A stretch of 64,000 nt of DNA from an uncultured Rhizobium sp. (lineage in GTDB: Bacteria > Pseudomonadota > Alphaproteobacteria > Rickettsiales > UBA1997): positions 45,293 through 109,292 of the forward strand of contig CAYSUM010000004.1 in NCBI GenBank assembly GCA_964434225.1, written 5' to 3'. Position numbers and translations under genes: made by a program. Position 1 is the first letter of the stretch; the number at the start of each line of letters is the position of its first letter. Shown here one piece after another: positions 27,039 to 36,178 of this stretch. The notes under the pieces were generated by a model. The model did no database searches. It saw only the letters and a list, made by a program, of their open reading frames with translations, and had not been told where the DNA came from.

Positions 27039-27860
27039 ATGACCCTTCCCTCAACTTCCGAGTTAATCAAAAAATATAGCCTTAACGCTAAAAAATCTCT
27101 TGGACAAAATTTCATTCTCGACAAAAATTTTACCGACAAAATCGCGCGCGCTGCTGGCGATTTAAGTGATTACGAAGTGCTGGAAGTTGGTCCAGGTCCA
27201 GGAAGTTTGACGCGCTCAATTTTAGATGCTGGCGCCAAAAAACTTTCATCAATTGAAATGGATGAAAGATGTATTGAGGCTCTAAAAGAGCTCAAAGAAT
27301 TTTACGGTGATCGTTTTGAAATTATTCAAGGCGATGCGTTGAAAATTGATGAATTGGAAATTTTCTTGAGCGAAAAAAAAATTAAAATCATCGCCAATTT
27401 ACCTTACAATATCGGCACAGTTCTGATCTTTAAATGGCTAAAAATCGCACCAAAAATTCAGTCGATGCATTTAATGTTGCAAAAAGAAGTGGTCGAAAGA
27501 ATCACCGCCAAACCCAATGACAATCATTACGGAAGACTTGCGGTGATGGTGAATTTTTTATGCGAAACCAAAATGGTTTTTACGGTGAGCAAAACCGTTT
27601 TTACTCCACCACCAAAAGTTACTTCCGCAATTGTTGAAATTATTCCGCGCACAAAACCACTTGCAGATGTTGAATTTTCTAAGTTGGAAAAAGTTGTCGC
27701 CGCCGCTTTCAACCAACGTCGTAAAATGATTAAATCAAGTTTGAAAAGTATTTTTGAAAATCCTGAGGAAGTTTTAGAAAGCTGTGGGATAAGGCCAGAT
27801 CTAAGACCAGAGAATTTGAGGATTGAAGAATTTTGTAAACTTGCACAAAAACTAAAATAA
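27039..27860 (+). CDS. rsmA: 16S rRNA (adenine1518/1519-N6)-dimethyltransferase
   Basis: KKSLGQNFI, EVGPGPGSLT and NLPYNI motifs. Confidence 0.95.
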   Translation: MTLPSTSELIKKYSLNAKKSLGQNFILDKNFTDKIARAAGDLSDYEVLEVGPGPGSLTRSILDAGAKKLSSIEMDERCIEALKELKEFYGDRFEIIQGDALKIDELEIFLSEKKIKIIANLPYNIGTVLIFKWLKIAPKIQSMHLMLQKEVVERITAKPNDNHYGRLAVMVNFLCETKMVFTVSKTVFTPPPKVTSAIVEIIPRTKPLADVEFSKLEKVVAAAFNQRRKMIKSSLKSIFENPEEVLESCGIRPDLRPENLRIEEFCKLAQKLK

Positions 27861-27861
27861 A

Positions 27862-28079
27862 GTCGTCATTGCGAGTACAGCTCGGCAACCCAAAAAGGCG
27901 CTGTCGCGTAAACCAAGTTTTTCTAAGAAATTTTTGTGATTCAAATTTTTTTGGAAGGTAAGCGTACCCATATGTACGTGCGTTCCAAAAAAATTTGAAT
28001 TGCGAAAAGTTCGACGAAAAAGTTGGTTTACGCGACAGCGCCAGAAACTGAGTTACCGCACTTCCCTCGCAATGACGAC
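27862..28079. repeat. 218-bp nested palindromic element (RPE-like)
   Basis: Perfect 14-nt termini gtcgtcattgcgag / ctcgcaatgacgac. Inner perfect IRs are ggcgctgtcgcgtaaaccaa / ttggtttacgcgacagcgcc and attcaaatttttttggaa / ttccaaaaaaatttgaat. Confidence 0.85.
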
Positions 28080-28087
28080 ATAAAAAA

Positions 28088-28120
28088 GGCTCCCAAACAA
28101 TTTGTCTGGGAGCCTTTTTT
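28088..28120. terminator. Bidirectional rho-independent terminator between rsmA and rpsD
   Basis: aaaaaa-ggctccca...tgggagcc-tttttt. An A-run and a T-run flank the stem. Confidence 0.8.
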
Positions 28121-28144
28121 CGAATGCTTTTGAAAAAATAAAAA

Positions 28145-28762
28145 CTATCGAGAGTAAAATTCTGTGATGAAATGAGGTTGCATTTCAACAGCGTACGGAA
28201 CTTCCGCGAAAGTGGCTTTGGCAGCAACTTTGATTGAAAGAGCATCTTTATCTAAAGTTAAATAAGATGGCACATCACGCTCCATTTTTTGAAGTGATTC
28301 CATGACGATTGTAAGTTTACGAGATTTTTCGCGAACTTGCACAACGTCACCAACTTTCAAGCGGTAAGAAGGAATATTTACAGTCTTTCCGTTAACTGTA
28401 ACATGTTTGTGGTTCACAAATTGTCTTGCTGCAAAAACAGTAGGAACAAAGTTAGCGCGATATACAACCGCATCCAATCTGCTTTCAAGAAGGCCAACGA
28501 AGTTTTCACTAACGTCACCCTTCATTTTTGAAGCTAGAGTGAAAGAATTGAAAAATTGTCTTTCAGAAATGTTTCCGTAGTAAAATTTCATTCTTTGTTT
28601 AGCGCGAAGCTGAATACCATAGTCACTGACTCTTCCTTTTGAAGAAGCGCCGTGTTGACCCGGTTTAGAATTTCTTTTGGTAAATGGATCTTTAACTTGA
28701 CCCCAAAGGCTGGCGCCCAATTTTCTGCTAATTTTTTTCTTAGCGGTTAATCTTTTTGTCAT
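28145..28762 (-). CDS. rpsD: 30S ribosomal protein S4
   Basis: KLSDYG.QLR.KQ..K..YG and S4 RNA-binding domain blocks are present; 205 aa. Confidence 0.95.
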   Translation of the reverse strand: MTKRLTAKKKISRKLGASLWGQVKDPFTKRNSKPGQHGASSKGRVSDYGIQLRAKQRMKFYYGNISERQFFNSFTLASKMKGDVSENFVGLLESRLDAVVYRANFVPTVFAARQFVNHKHVTVNGKTVNIPSYRLKVGDVVQVREKSRKLTIVMESLQKMERDVPSYLTLDKDALSIKVAAKATFAEVPYAVEMQPHFITEFYSR

Positions 28763-28969
28763 TTTTCGACTCGATTAATGATTAATATTCAATATTTCTT
28801 AAGAGAATTTTGCTTAAGAAATTTCCGTAAAAACACAAAGTCAAAACAGACGCACGTCTTTTAAAACGCAGCTTTGTAAAGATTTAAAATTTTATGATTT
28901 TTTCAGAAGAGCTTCATCAAATAAGAGGAAGGCCGCGCATTTTTAAGATTAAGACTTGCTTGTCAACCC

Positions 28970-29857
28970 TTAAATCTTGATTGGAACGGCGTAAGATCCG
29001 AGCACTTTTGCGTAAGGACGTATTTTTGATTTAGAGAAATTTTTAATCGCCGCATCTTCTTCGGTGTAAAAACCTTCGAGTTCAATCAAATAAAACATCA
29101 CATCATCAACTTGCGCTAATTTTAGAGATTTTAAAATTGAGGCTTTCAAATCTTGTTCTTCAAGAGCTGAGATCACCTGCGAGCGTGAAATTTCTTTTTT
29201 AACTTCAACGTAAAGTAGCGAATTATCTTCTTGAGATTTTTCTGCCGCTTTAATTGCAACCGCGACCAGATTGATCTTATCGACTGATTTATCATCAGTT
29301 TCAACAAAAGGAATTTTGGCAAAAACTTTTATTCCCGATCGGTTATTGGCCAAATTAATCCACCAATTTTCACCCATATCACTTTTTTCGCGATCGTCAT
29401 TGGCTTGCGGAAGCGAGAAAACTCCAATTTGAGCCGTGCCTTTTTCAATTTCAGAAACCACATTAGTTGTACTGTCGTGCGAATTTATTGGCACTGCGTC
29501 GTAATAATATTCACGCAATAAATACGCATAATCAGAAATATTTTTTGGATTATGTAGCGCAATATTCAGACTTTGTTCGTGCATATTTGCTGAGGCGATA
29601 ATCTTGCGCCAAATGCTGACAATCGCACTTTTGGGAAAATTTGAGTCCGATTTTTTAATCAAATCTTTAATCATATCCGCTTCGCGACTGGAACGGATGA
29701 AAAACTTTTCGTTGTTATTTTTTTTCAATTCACCAACACGATCGATGACCCGCATTCTTTTACCAAGAAGCTCAATCATCTGATTGTCAATCGCGTCAAT
29801 CTCTTGTCTTAGAGCCAGCAAAGCCAGTTCGGGAGCTTTATTATGTTGATTTTCCAT
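28970..29857 (-). CDS. Chorismate mutase domain protein with prephenate-dehydratase-like C-terminal region
   Basis: N-terminal CM type 2 pattern LRQEIDAIDNQMIELLGKRMRVIDRVGELKK. The remaining 200 aa only loosely resemble a PDT domain. Confidence 0.55.
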   Translation of the reverse strand: MENQHNKAPELALLALRQEIDAIDNQMIELLGKRMRVIDRVGELKKNNNEKFFIRSSREADMIKDLIKKSDSNFPKSAIVSIWRKIIASANMHEQSLNIALHNPKNISDYAYLLREYYYDAVPINSHDSTTNVVSEIEKGTAQIGVFSLPQANDDREKSDMGENWWINLANNRSGIKVFAKIPFVETDDKSVDKINLVAVAIKAAEKSQEDNSLLYVEVKKEISRSQVISALEEQDLKASILKSLKLAQVDDVMFYLIELEGFYTEEDAAIKNFSKSKIRPYAKVLGSYAVPIKI

Positions 29858-29911
29858 TGAGTGAAATTTAGAAATTCTATGAGAGAACGATAATAATTCG
29901 ATTTAGAAAGA

Positions 29912-31066
29912 ATGAAAGTTAAGTCAAGTTTTGGGCCCGCTTACAAAGAATTTGAGATTGGTGAAATTGTTTTTTTAGCAAAAGAAATTCCTCTTAAACT
30001 GAGCAATGGTACAGAAATAAAAAATTTTCCTCTCGCCTATCAAACCTACGGCGAGTTGAATGCCGATCGATCTAACGCAATTTTAATTTGCCACGCTTTA
30101 ACTGGCGACCAATATGTCGCATCAAAAAATCCAGTCACCGGAAAAGATGGTTGGTGGAACTCGATGGTTGGTCTAAACAAACCAATTGATACCAAAAAAT
30201 TCTTTGTAATTTGCTCCAATATTATCGGCGGCTGCATGGGTTCTTGGGGACCAAAAACTATTAATCCTGAAACTGGCGAACCTTACGCCTTAAGTTTTCC
30301 GATGGTGACAATTCAAGATATGGTGCAAGCGCAAAATCTTTTGATCGAGCATTTTGGCATCAAAAAACTACACGCCGTAATTGGTGGTTCAACAGGCGGA
30401 ATGCAGGCAATGTATTGGTCGGTGCTTTATCCACAAAAAATGAAATCGGTAATTTTACTTGCCACTTCTTATCGCCATTCTCCGCAAAATATCGCGTTTC
30501 ACGAAGCGGGAAGACAAGCGATTATGGCCGATCCTGAGTGGCGCGGTGGCAAATATTTGCTCGAAAAAAAATATCCAACAAAAGGCTTGGCCGTTGCGCG
30601 CATGATTGCTCACATTACTTATCTTTCCAAAAATTCTTTGCAGAATAAATTTGGTCGTAACTTGCAAAATAAAGGCTCTTTTTCATTTAATTTTGATCCA
30701 GAATTTCAAGTTGAAAGTTATCTGCATCATCAAGGCATGAGCTTTGTTGAACGCTTCGATGCCAACTCTTATTTATACACCACCAAAGCCATAAATTATT
30801 TTGATTTAGAATCAGATTTTGGTGGAAAATTAAGTAATGCCTTTATTGATTTTGCTAAAAATAAAGGCGGAAAATTTTGTTTGATTTCATTTTCTGACGA
30901 CTGGCTTTTTGAACCTTCTGACACTAAAAAAATTGCTCACGCCTTAATTGCTTGCGGCGTTGACGCCAGTAATGTCATGATTGAAAGCCACCACGGTCAC
31001 GATTCGTTTCTAATTGAAAGCGAAGCTTTGACCAGCACAATTTCTGGATTTATCAACCAATCTTAA
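29912..31066 (+). CDS. metX: Homoserine O-acyltransferase (MetX family)
   Basis: NAILICHALTGD, GGSTGGMQA nucleophile elbow and C-terminal GHDSFL are present. Confidence 0.9.
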   Translation: MKVKSSFGPAYKEFEIGEIVFLAKEIPLKLSNGTEIKNFPLAYQTYGELNADRSNAILICHALTGDQYVASKNPVTGKDGWWNSMVGLNKPIDTKKFFVICSNIIGGCMGSWGPKTINPETGEPYALSFPMVTIQDMVQAQNLLIEHFGIKKLHAVIGGSTGGMQAMYWSVLYPQKMKSVILLATSYRHSPQNIAFHEAGRQAIMADPEWRGGKYLLEKKYPTKGLAVARMIAHITYLSKNSLQNKFGRNLQNKGSFSFNFDPEFQVESYLHHQGMSFVERFDANSYLYTTKAINYFDLESDFGGKLSNAFIDFAKNKGGKFCLISFSDDWLFEPSDTKKIAHALIACGVDASNVMIESHHGHDSFLIESEALTSTISGFINQS

Positions 31067-31073
31067 AACACCA

Positions 31074-31814
31074 ATGAAAGCAATCGGCGACTCAATCATT
31101 AAACATAAAATTCGTTACGATCTCGAAATTATCGCACAATTAATTAAACCTAATTCCAAGGTTTTAGATATTGGCTGCGGCGATGGTGAACTTCTGGAAT
31201 TTTTAAAAAAAACCAAAAATGTTGATGCTCGTGGTTTAGAAATTTCACAAATGCAAGTCAGTAAAGCCTTAAGTCGCGGTATTTCTGCCATTCAAGGCGA
31301 TGCTGAAAATGATTTAACTTTTTATCCCAGTCGTAATTTTGATTACGCAATTTTAAGCCAAACCATTCAATCGACTCAACGCCCGAAAGAAATTTTACAA
31401 GAAATGTTACGCGTTGCTGAATATGCCGTAGTTTCGCTGCCGAATTTTGCTCACATTAAAAATCGCCTGCATTTACTCTTCAAAGGCACGATGCCGGTTA
31501 ATAAAAATATTCCTTATCAATGGTATGACACGCCAAATATTCATTTTTGCTCGGTCGATGATTTTGAAAAACTTTGCAAAGAGTTAAATTTTACAGTTGA
31601 GCGTAAAATTTTTCTCACCAATAAACATCGTTTAATCAGCTTTTTTGGCCATAAATTTATCTCAAATTTATTTGCTCAATACGGAATTTTCTTAATTAAG
31701 AAAAATCATTTTGCAGCAACCAACCAAGAAGAATTCGCCTTTTCGCCGAAAAATTTTTTCTCCAAAGGCCTCGCCACCAACTTTGCTTTTGATGCCAAAA
31801 GCACCACGAATTAG
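31074..31814 (+). CDS. metW: Methionine biosynthesis protein MetW (with about 45-aa C-terminal extension)
   Basis: VLDIGCGDGELL SAM motif, ...LPNFAHIKNRL... and position directly after metX. Confidence 0.85.
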   Translation: MKAIGDSIIKHKIRYDLEIIAQLIKPNSKVLDIGCGDGELLEFLKKTKNVDARGLEISQMQVSKALSRGISAIQGDAENDLTFYPSRNFDYAILSQTIQSTQRPKEILQEMLRVAEYAVVSLPNFAHIKNRLHLLFKGTMPVNKNIPYQWYDTPNIHFCSVDDFEKLCKELNFTVERKIFLTNKHRLISFFGHKFISNLFAQYGIFLIKKNHFAATNQEEFAFSPKNFFSKGLATNFAFDAKSTTN

Positions 31815-31831
31815 TAACAAAAAATAAAAGA

Positions 31832-32515
31832 ATGAGAAAATTATTTCCGATTATCGCAGCAGCTTCTTTATTGTCTTCTTGCGAAAGTATGAGCACTAGT
31901 CCAGATCCTTCAAAATCGAACCGCAGTTTCAGCAATATTGATCGGGTTTCTCACAATAAATTTCACAAAAAAACCGCACCAAATACTAAGTTGACAAACT
32001 TAGAACCAACCGATTTAACGAAATATAATCTCAATAATTTTTACGACAATCCCAGACAAGATAACGCACAAACCAATCAAAGCGCCGTGTTCAATTCTGA
32101 TGGGCGTTATCAAGGATATTTTAAAGTGGGAAATCCTTATGAAATTCAAGGAGTTTCTTACTTTCCACAAAATTATGAAGAGTTTGAAGAAAGCGGCGTT
32201 GCCTCGTGGTACGGCCCTGATTTTCACGGCAAACCAACTGCCAATGGCGAGGTTTATGATTCTTACACCATGACCGCTGCACACCCTACTTTACCACTTC
32301 CATCAATGGTTCGCGTAACTAATTTACGCAATGGTAAAAATGTAATTGTCCGCGTTAATGACCGCGGCCCTTTTTCTAAAAATCGTATTATTGACGTTTC
32401 GGAAAAAGCTGCCGATGAGTTAGGATTTAAACAATATGGCACGACAACTGTGCGCATTCAATTGCTGCGCAATGATACGGATGAACTTTTAGAGAAGTTG
32501 AAAATTAAGAATTAA
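31832..32515 (+). CDS. rlpA: Septal ring lytic transglycosylase RlpA-family lipoprotein
   Basis: Lipobox LLSSC. DPBB block GVASWYGPDFHGKPTANGEVYD...TAAHPTLPLPSMVRVTNL.NGK.V.VRVNDRGPF. Confidence 0.9.
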   Translation: MRKLFPIIAAASLLSSCESMSTSPDPSKSNRSFSNIDRVSHNKFHKKTAPNTKLTNLEPTDLTKYNLNNFYDNPRQDNAQTNQSAVFNSDGRYQGYFKVGNPYEIQGVSYFPQNYEEFEESGVASWYGPDFHGKPTANGEVYDSYTMTAAHPTLPLPSMVRVTNLRNGKNVIVRVNDRGPFSKNRIIDVSEKAADELGFKQYGTTTVRIQLLRNDTDELLEKLKIKN

Positions 32516-32601
32516 GACATTTTTTAGAGAGAAAAATTTCTTGCATCGATTTTGCATTCGAAGTCAACTGATGTGCAACGCTTACAAATAAATTCCCTAC
32601 C

Positions 32602-33798
32602 ATGAATTACAAAAACAAACCAATCGATTTCAAAAACCTGCATCTTGAAACCAAAATGGTGCGTGGCGGAACTCTGCGCTCTAACTTCGGCGAAACTTCG
32701 GAAGCAATTTTTCTAAATTCTGGCTATTGCTATAACGACGCTGAAACCGCTGAAAAACGCTTCAATGGCGAAGATCCCAGCTTTGTTTATTCGCGCTATT
32801 TGAATCCAAGTTTAAAAATGCTCGAAGATAGAATGGCTTTACTTGAAGGCGCGCAAGCCGCTTGTGTCATGGGTTCAGGCATGGCAGCAGTTTTTGCATC
32901 AATCATGTGTCAGATCAAAGCGGGCGATCATTTTATCGCTTCAAAAGTTTTATTTAGTTCGTGTTTTTATATCGCGACCAAAATTTTACCAAATTACGGA
33001 ATTGAAGTTACTTTAGTTGATGGACCAAATGAAGACGAGTGGCGCAAGGCTTTTAAAAAAAATACCAAAGTAGTTTTTATCGAAACTCCCGCCAATCCAA
33101 CGCTAGAAATTGTCGATATTAAATTTGTCGCTGACCTTTGCAAACAGCACGGCGCCAGCTTTATCGTCGATAATATTTTCGCTTCACCATTCAGTCAAAG
33201 TCCGTTTGAATTTGGCGCCGATATTGTAGTTCATTCAACCACCAAACATATTGACGGCCAAGGTCGAACTTTAGGCGGCTGCGTTCTTGGTTCGCAACAT
33301 TTTATCAAAGAAATTTTGCTACCTTTCCATCGCCACACTGGTCCGGCGCTTAGTCCTTTCAACGCTTGGATCGCACTCAAATCTTTAGAAACTTTTGGAT
33401 TGCGCATGGAACGCCACTGCGAAAATGCCAAAAAAATTGCCGAATTTTTGGAAAATCATCCAAAAATTAAACGCGTTTTCTATCCAACATTAAAATCGCA
33501 TCCACAATTCAAAACAGCGCAAAAGCAGATGAAAAACGGCGGCTCGATGATGGCTTTTGAAATTCACGGCGACAAAAAAGATGCTTTCGCTTTTATGAAT
33601 CGCCTAGAACTTGTTGACATTTCTAACAATATGGGCGATTCCAAATCACTAATAACGCATCCCGCAACCAGCACTCATTTTAGCATGGGTCGTGCGGAGC
33701 AAGAAAAAATTGGCATCACTGAATCAATGTGCAGACTTTCCGTTGGCCTTGAACATGTTGACGACTTGATTGCAGATTTAAAACAAGCCTTAATTTAA
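32602..33798 (+). CDS. metZ: O-succinylhomoserine sulfhydrylase (Cys/Met PLP enzyme)
   Basis: YSRYLNPS... and STTKHIDGQGR (PLP lysine) are present; length is 398 aa. Confidence 0.85.
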   Translation: MNYKNKPIDFKNLHLETKMVRGGTLRSNFGETSEAIFLNSGYCYNDAETAEKRFNGEDPSFVYSRYLNPSLKMLEDRMALLEGAQAACVMGSGMAAVFASIMCQIKAGDHFIASKVLFSSCFYIATKILPNYGIEVTLVDGPNEDEWRKAFKKNTKVVFIETPANPTLEIVDIKFVADLCKQHGASFIVDNIFASPFSQSPFEFGADIVVHSTTKHIDGQGRTLGGCVLGSQHFIKEILLPFHRHTGPALSPFNAWIALKSLETFGLRMERHCENAKKIAEFLENHPKIKRVFYPTLKSHPQFKTAQKQMKNGGSMMAFEIHGDKKDAFAFMNRLELVDISNNMGDSKSLITHPATSTHFSMGRAEQEKIGITESMCRLSVGLEHVDDLIADLKQALI

Positions 33799-33810
33799 CT
33801 TTAAAAAACT

Positions 33811-34302
33811 ATGCCAAGCTTTGACGTCGTCTCAAAAATTGATACTCAAGAAATCGATAATGCAGTAAATTCAGTACTGCGAGAACTTACAAACCGTTAC
33901 GATTTCAAAGGTGTAACTTTTTCAATCGAGTTAAAATTAAAAGATAATCTAATTTTGATTGCCGCCGAAGATGATTATAAATTAACCGCGATTGGCGAAT
34001 CTTTAAAAGTGTTTTGCGTCAAGCGTGGAATTGATCCGCGAGCTTTAGATTTTCAAGAAAAACAAAAAGCTGGCGGAAATTCTCTAAGACAAGAAGTGAA
34101 ATTGCGTAATGGAATTGAACAAGAAGTTGCTAAAAAAATCGTTAAGCAATTTAAAGATTTGAAGATGAAAGTTCAGGCTTCAATCAAAGGCGATGAAGTT
34201 CGCGTTGACGGAAAAAAACGTGATGATTTGCAAGAAGCTATGGCAATTTTACGCAGCACAACTTACGAAGTTCCGTTACAATTTATTAATTTTAGAGACT
34301 AA
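33811..34302 (+). CDS. yajQ: YajQ-family nucleotide-binding protein
   Basis: MPSFDVVSKIDTQEIDNAVN... is the canonical YajQ N-terminus; 163 aa. Confidence 0.9.
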   Translation: MPSFDVVSKIDTQEIDNAVNSVLRELTNRYDFKGVTFSIELKLKDNLILIAAEDDYKLTAIGESLKVFCVKRGIDPRALDFQEKQKAGGNSLRQEVKLRNGIEQEVAKKIVKQFKDLKMKVQASIKGDEVRVDGKKRDDLQEAMAILRSTTYEVPLQFINFRD

Positions 34303-34306
34303 TTTT

Positions 34307-34774
34307 ATGGCAGGAAGAAGAGCGCAACCAGTAACACTGGCTTCAATTGGCAAAGGAATTTTCTCTGCCTTATTTTTTCCACTGAACTTTCTTGTAACTT
34401 CCTGCGCTTATGTAGGAACAAAATGCGCGGAATATGGTCATTTTATTGCAGCGTTTTTTACCGGAAAAGATAGTTGGATTGGCAGAACTTTAAATGCGAG
34501 TCCATTCTTCAAAAGTATTTACGACAATTCCAAAAAATTTCTTGATAGCGTAGCTGGATTTACTTTCTTTGCCGCCACCGAACCTCTAAAACATGTTAAT
34601 GAAACTTCAAACAGGGTTCTTCATCACGTAACTCCTTTGGTGTCGGAAAATCATCATACTCCACATCGTCTTTCCGACAAAGAAGATATAAAAAATCACT
34701 CAAGACCGTCGCCAGATTGCCAACCCACATCCTGTCTTGGCTTTATTACAAAAGTGTTTGGACTTGGTAAATAA
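34307..34774 (+). CDS. Hypothetical membrane protein
   Basis: I take the start at ATG 34307 (MAGRRAQP...), just after the yajQ stop. Two hydrophobic segments; no family recognised. Confidence 0.4.
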   Translation: MAGRRAQPVTLASIGKGIFSALFFPLNFLVTSCAYVGTKCAEYGHFIAAFFTGKDSWIGRTLNASPFFKSIYDNSKKFLDSVAGFTFFAATEPLKHVNETSNRVLHHVTPLVSENHHTPHRLSDKEDIKNHSRPSPDCQPTSCLGFITKVFGLGK

Positions 34775-34791
34775 AGGCACTGTCGCAAATC

Positions 34792-35001
34792 TTATCCACC
34801 GCCAATAAAATGCACAATCTCAACTCGAGCACCTTCATCCAACATCACTTCTGAAAATTGGTTGGGATTTACGATTTCCAAATCTTTTTCCACCGCAATT
34901 TTTTTTACATCTAAGCCTAACTCCAAAATCAAATCAGCCACCGTCATTTTACGTGACAAAATTTTTTCTTCACCGTTAAGAATAATTTTTATTTCTGACA
35001 T
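34792..35001 (-). CDS. thiS: ThiS/MoaD-like sulfur carrier protein
   Basis: 69 aa from Met24 of the track ORF (MSEIKIILNGEE...VEIVHFIGGG), ending in the GG C-terminus. Confidence 0.75.
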   Translation of the reverse strand: MSEIKIILNGEEKILSRKMTVADLILELGLDVKKIAVEKDLEIVNPNQFSEVMLDEGARVEIVHFIGGG

Positions 35002-35075
35002 ATAAGAATTTAAAATTTTGAATTTAGAATTTTGCATCTTAATCGCCCGAATTTTTAAACTAAATCGCAAATCTT

Positions 35076-36176
35076 TTGAAACTCTATTCCCGCTACATTT
35101 TTCATAAAATATTAATCGGCTTTGCTGGCTGTATCTCGATTTTAATTTCGCTGATCTGGTTTTCGCGCGCTATTAGTTTCGTGAAATATGTCACTGAAAA
35201 TGGCATTGCCATTGACCAATTTTTCTATCTTTTTGTCCTTATTTTGCCGTGGTTGCTGATTTTTATTATCCCGATTTCTTTAATGATTTCGATTCTGATA
35301 ATTTATAACCGACTGATCTCCAGCAATGAAATGGCGATCTTAAAAAATTCTGGTCTGACGAAATTTTCGCTCAGCAAACCCGCCGCTTATTTGACGATAT
35401 TTTGCACAATATTTTGCTTTGCAATTTCGTTTTATTTTATGCCTTACGCCAATAAAAAATTGCGACTTTCTAGAACTGATTTGCGCAATAATTACACCAA
35501 TCTTTCGATTAATCCGCAAACTTTCGAAAGTTTAAAAAGCATGACAATGTATGTAAAAAATCGCAATGAAGACAATCGTCTTTTTGGAATTTTATTGCAT
35601 GACGAACGCGCCGCAGAATATTCCACCACCATCACGGCAGAAACTGGAAATATTGTCGCTCAAGATAATTCTGCCTTACTTTACATGGAAAATGGCACGG
35701 TGCAAAAATTTAATTACAGCAACCAAAAATCAGAGATTCTGCATTTCGATAATTACGTTTTTAATTTGACCGAAGGCCGAGAAAGCATCGATAAATTTTC
35801 TTGGAAATCAAAAGAGCGCTACCTTGATGAATTGATTAATTATGAACCCGAAACCCCCGATTACGACATCGCCAGATTTCGCACCGAAATTCACCAAAGA
35901 TTTACTTACCCTTTATTGCCGATGATTTTTGCGACCATCTCTTTAGCCTGCATTATGCGCGGTTCATTCAGCCGCAGAGGAAATTCTTCCAACATTATTT
36001 TGGCAGTTTTTGTTTCGACAATTTTTTTGATTTTAACGATCTTGCTTTACAACGCCATGGAATCATCGCCAAAAATAACTCCGCTGCTTTACCTAAATTT
36101 TCTGTTATTTTTTGGCGGCGGATTGCATTTCTTACACGAAGCAAGTCGCAAATCCGAACATAAAACCAACTCGTAG
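35076..36176 (+). CDS. lptF: LPS export ABC permease LptF
   Basis: TTG start. YIFHKIL N-terminus, six TM segments with a large periplasmic loop, and pairing with lptG. Confidence 0.85.
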   Translation: MKLYSRYIFHKILIGFAGCISILISLIWFSRAISFVKYVTENGIAIDQFFYLFVLILPWLLIFIIPISLMISILIIYNRLISSNEMAILKNSGLTKFSLSKPAAYLTIFCTIFCFAISFYFMPYANKKLRLSRTDLRNNYTNLSINPQTFESLKSMTMYVKNRNEDNRLFGILLHDERAAEYSTTITAETGNIVAQDNSALLYMENGTVQKFNYSNQKSEILHFDNYVFNLTEGRESIDKFSWKSKERYLDELINYEPETPDYDIARFRTEIHQRFTYPLLPMIFATISLACIMRGSFSRRGNSSNIILAVFVSTIFLILTILLYNAMESSPKITPLLYLNFLLFFGGGLHFLHEASRKSEHKTNS

Positions 36177-36178
36177 AA

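Noticed and set aside
27730-28245. 171-aa minus-strand ORF spanning the rsmA/rpsD spacer
   Set aside because: It runs straight through the 218-bp palindrome and the bidirectional terminator, and it overlaps the 3' ends of both flanking genes. The protein is low-complexity and has no motif. It is an artefact of the repeat.
32516-32601. Possible SAM-II/SAM-V riboswitch in front of metZ (and in the 54-bp leader of metX, 29858-29911)
   Set aside because: I looked for the conserved pseudoknot core as I remember it (GCUU ... AAAGCU) and could not find it. The metX leader is too short. A covariance-model scan would be decisive.
34193-34306. Upstream part of ORF 34193-34774 overlapping yajQ
   Set aside because: It lies in an alternative frame inside the well-supported yajQ coding sequence. 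The ATG at 34307, just after the yajQ stop codon, is a more plausible start.
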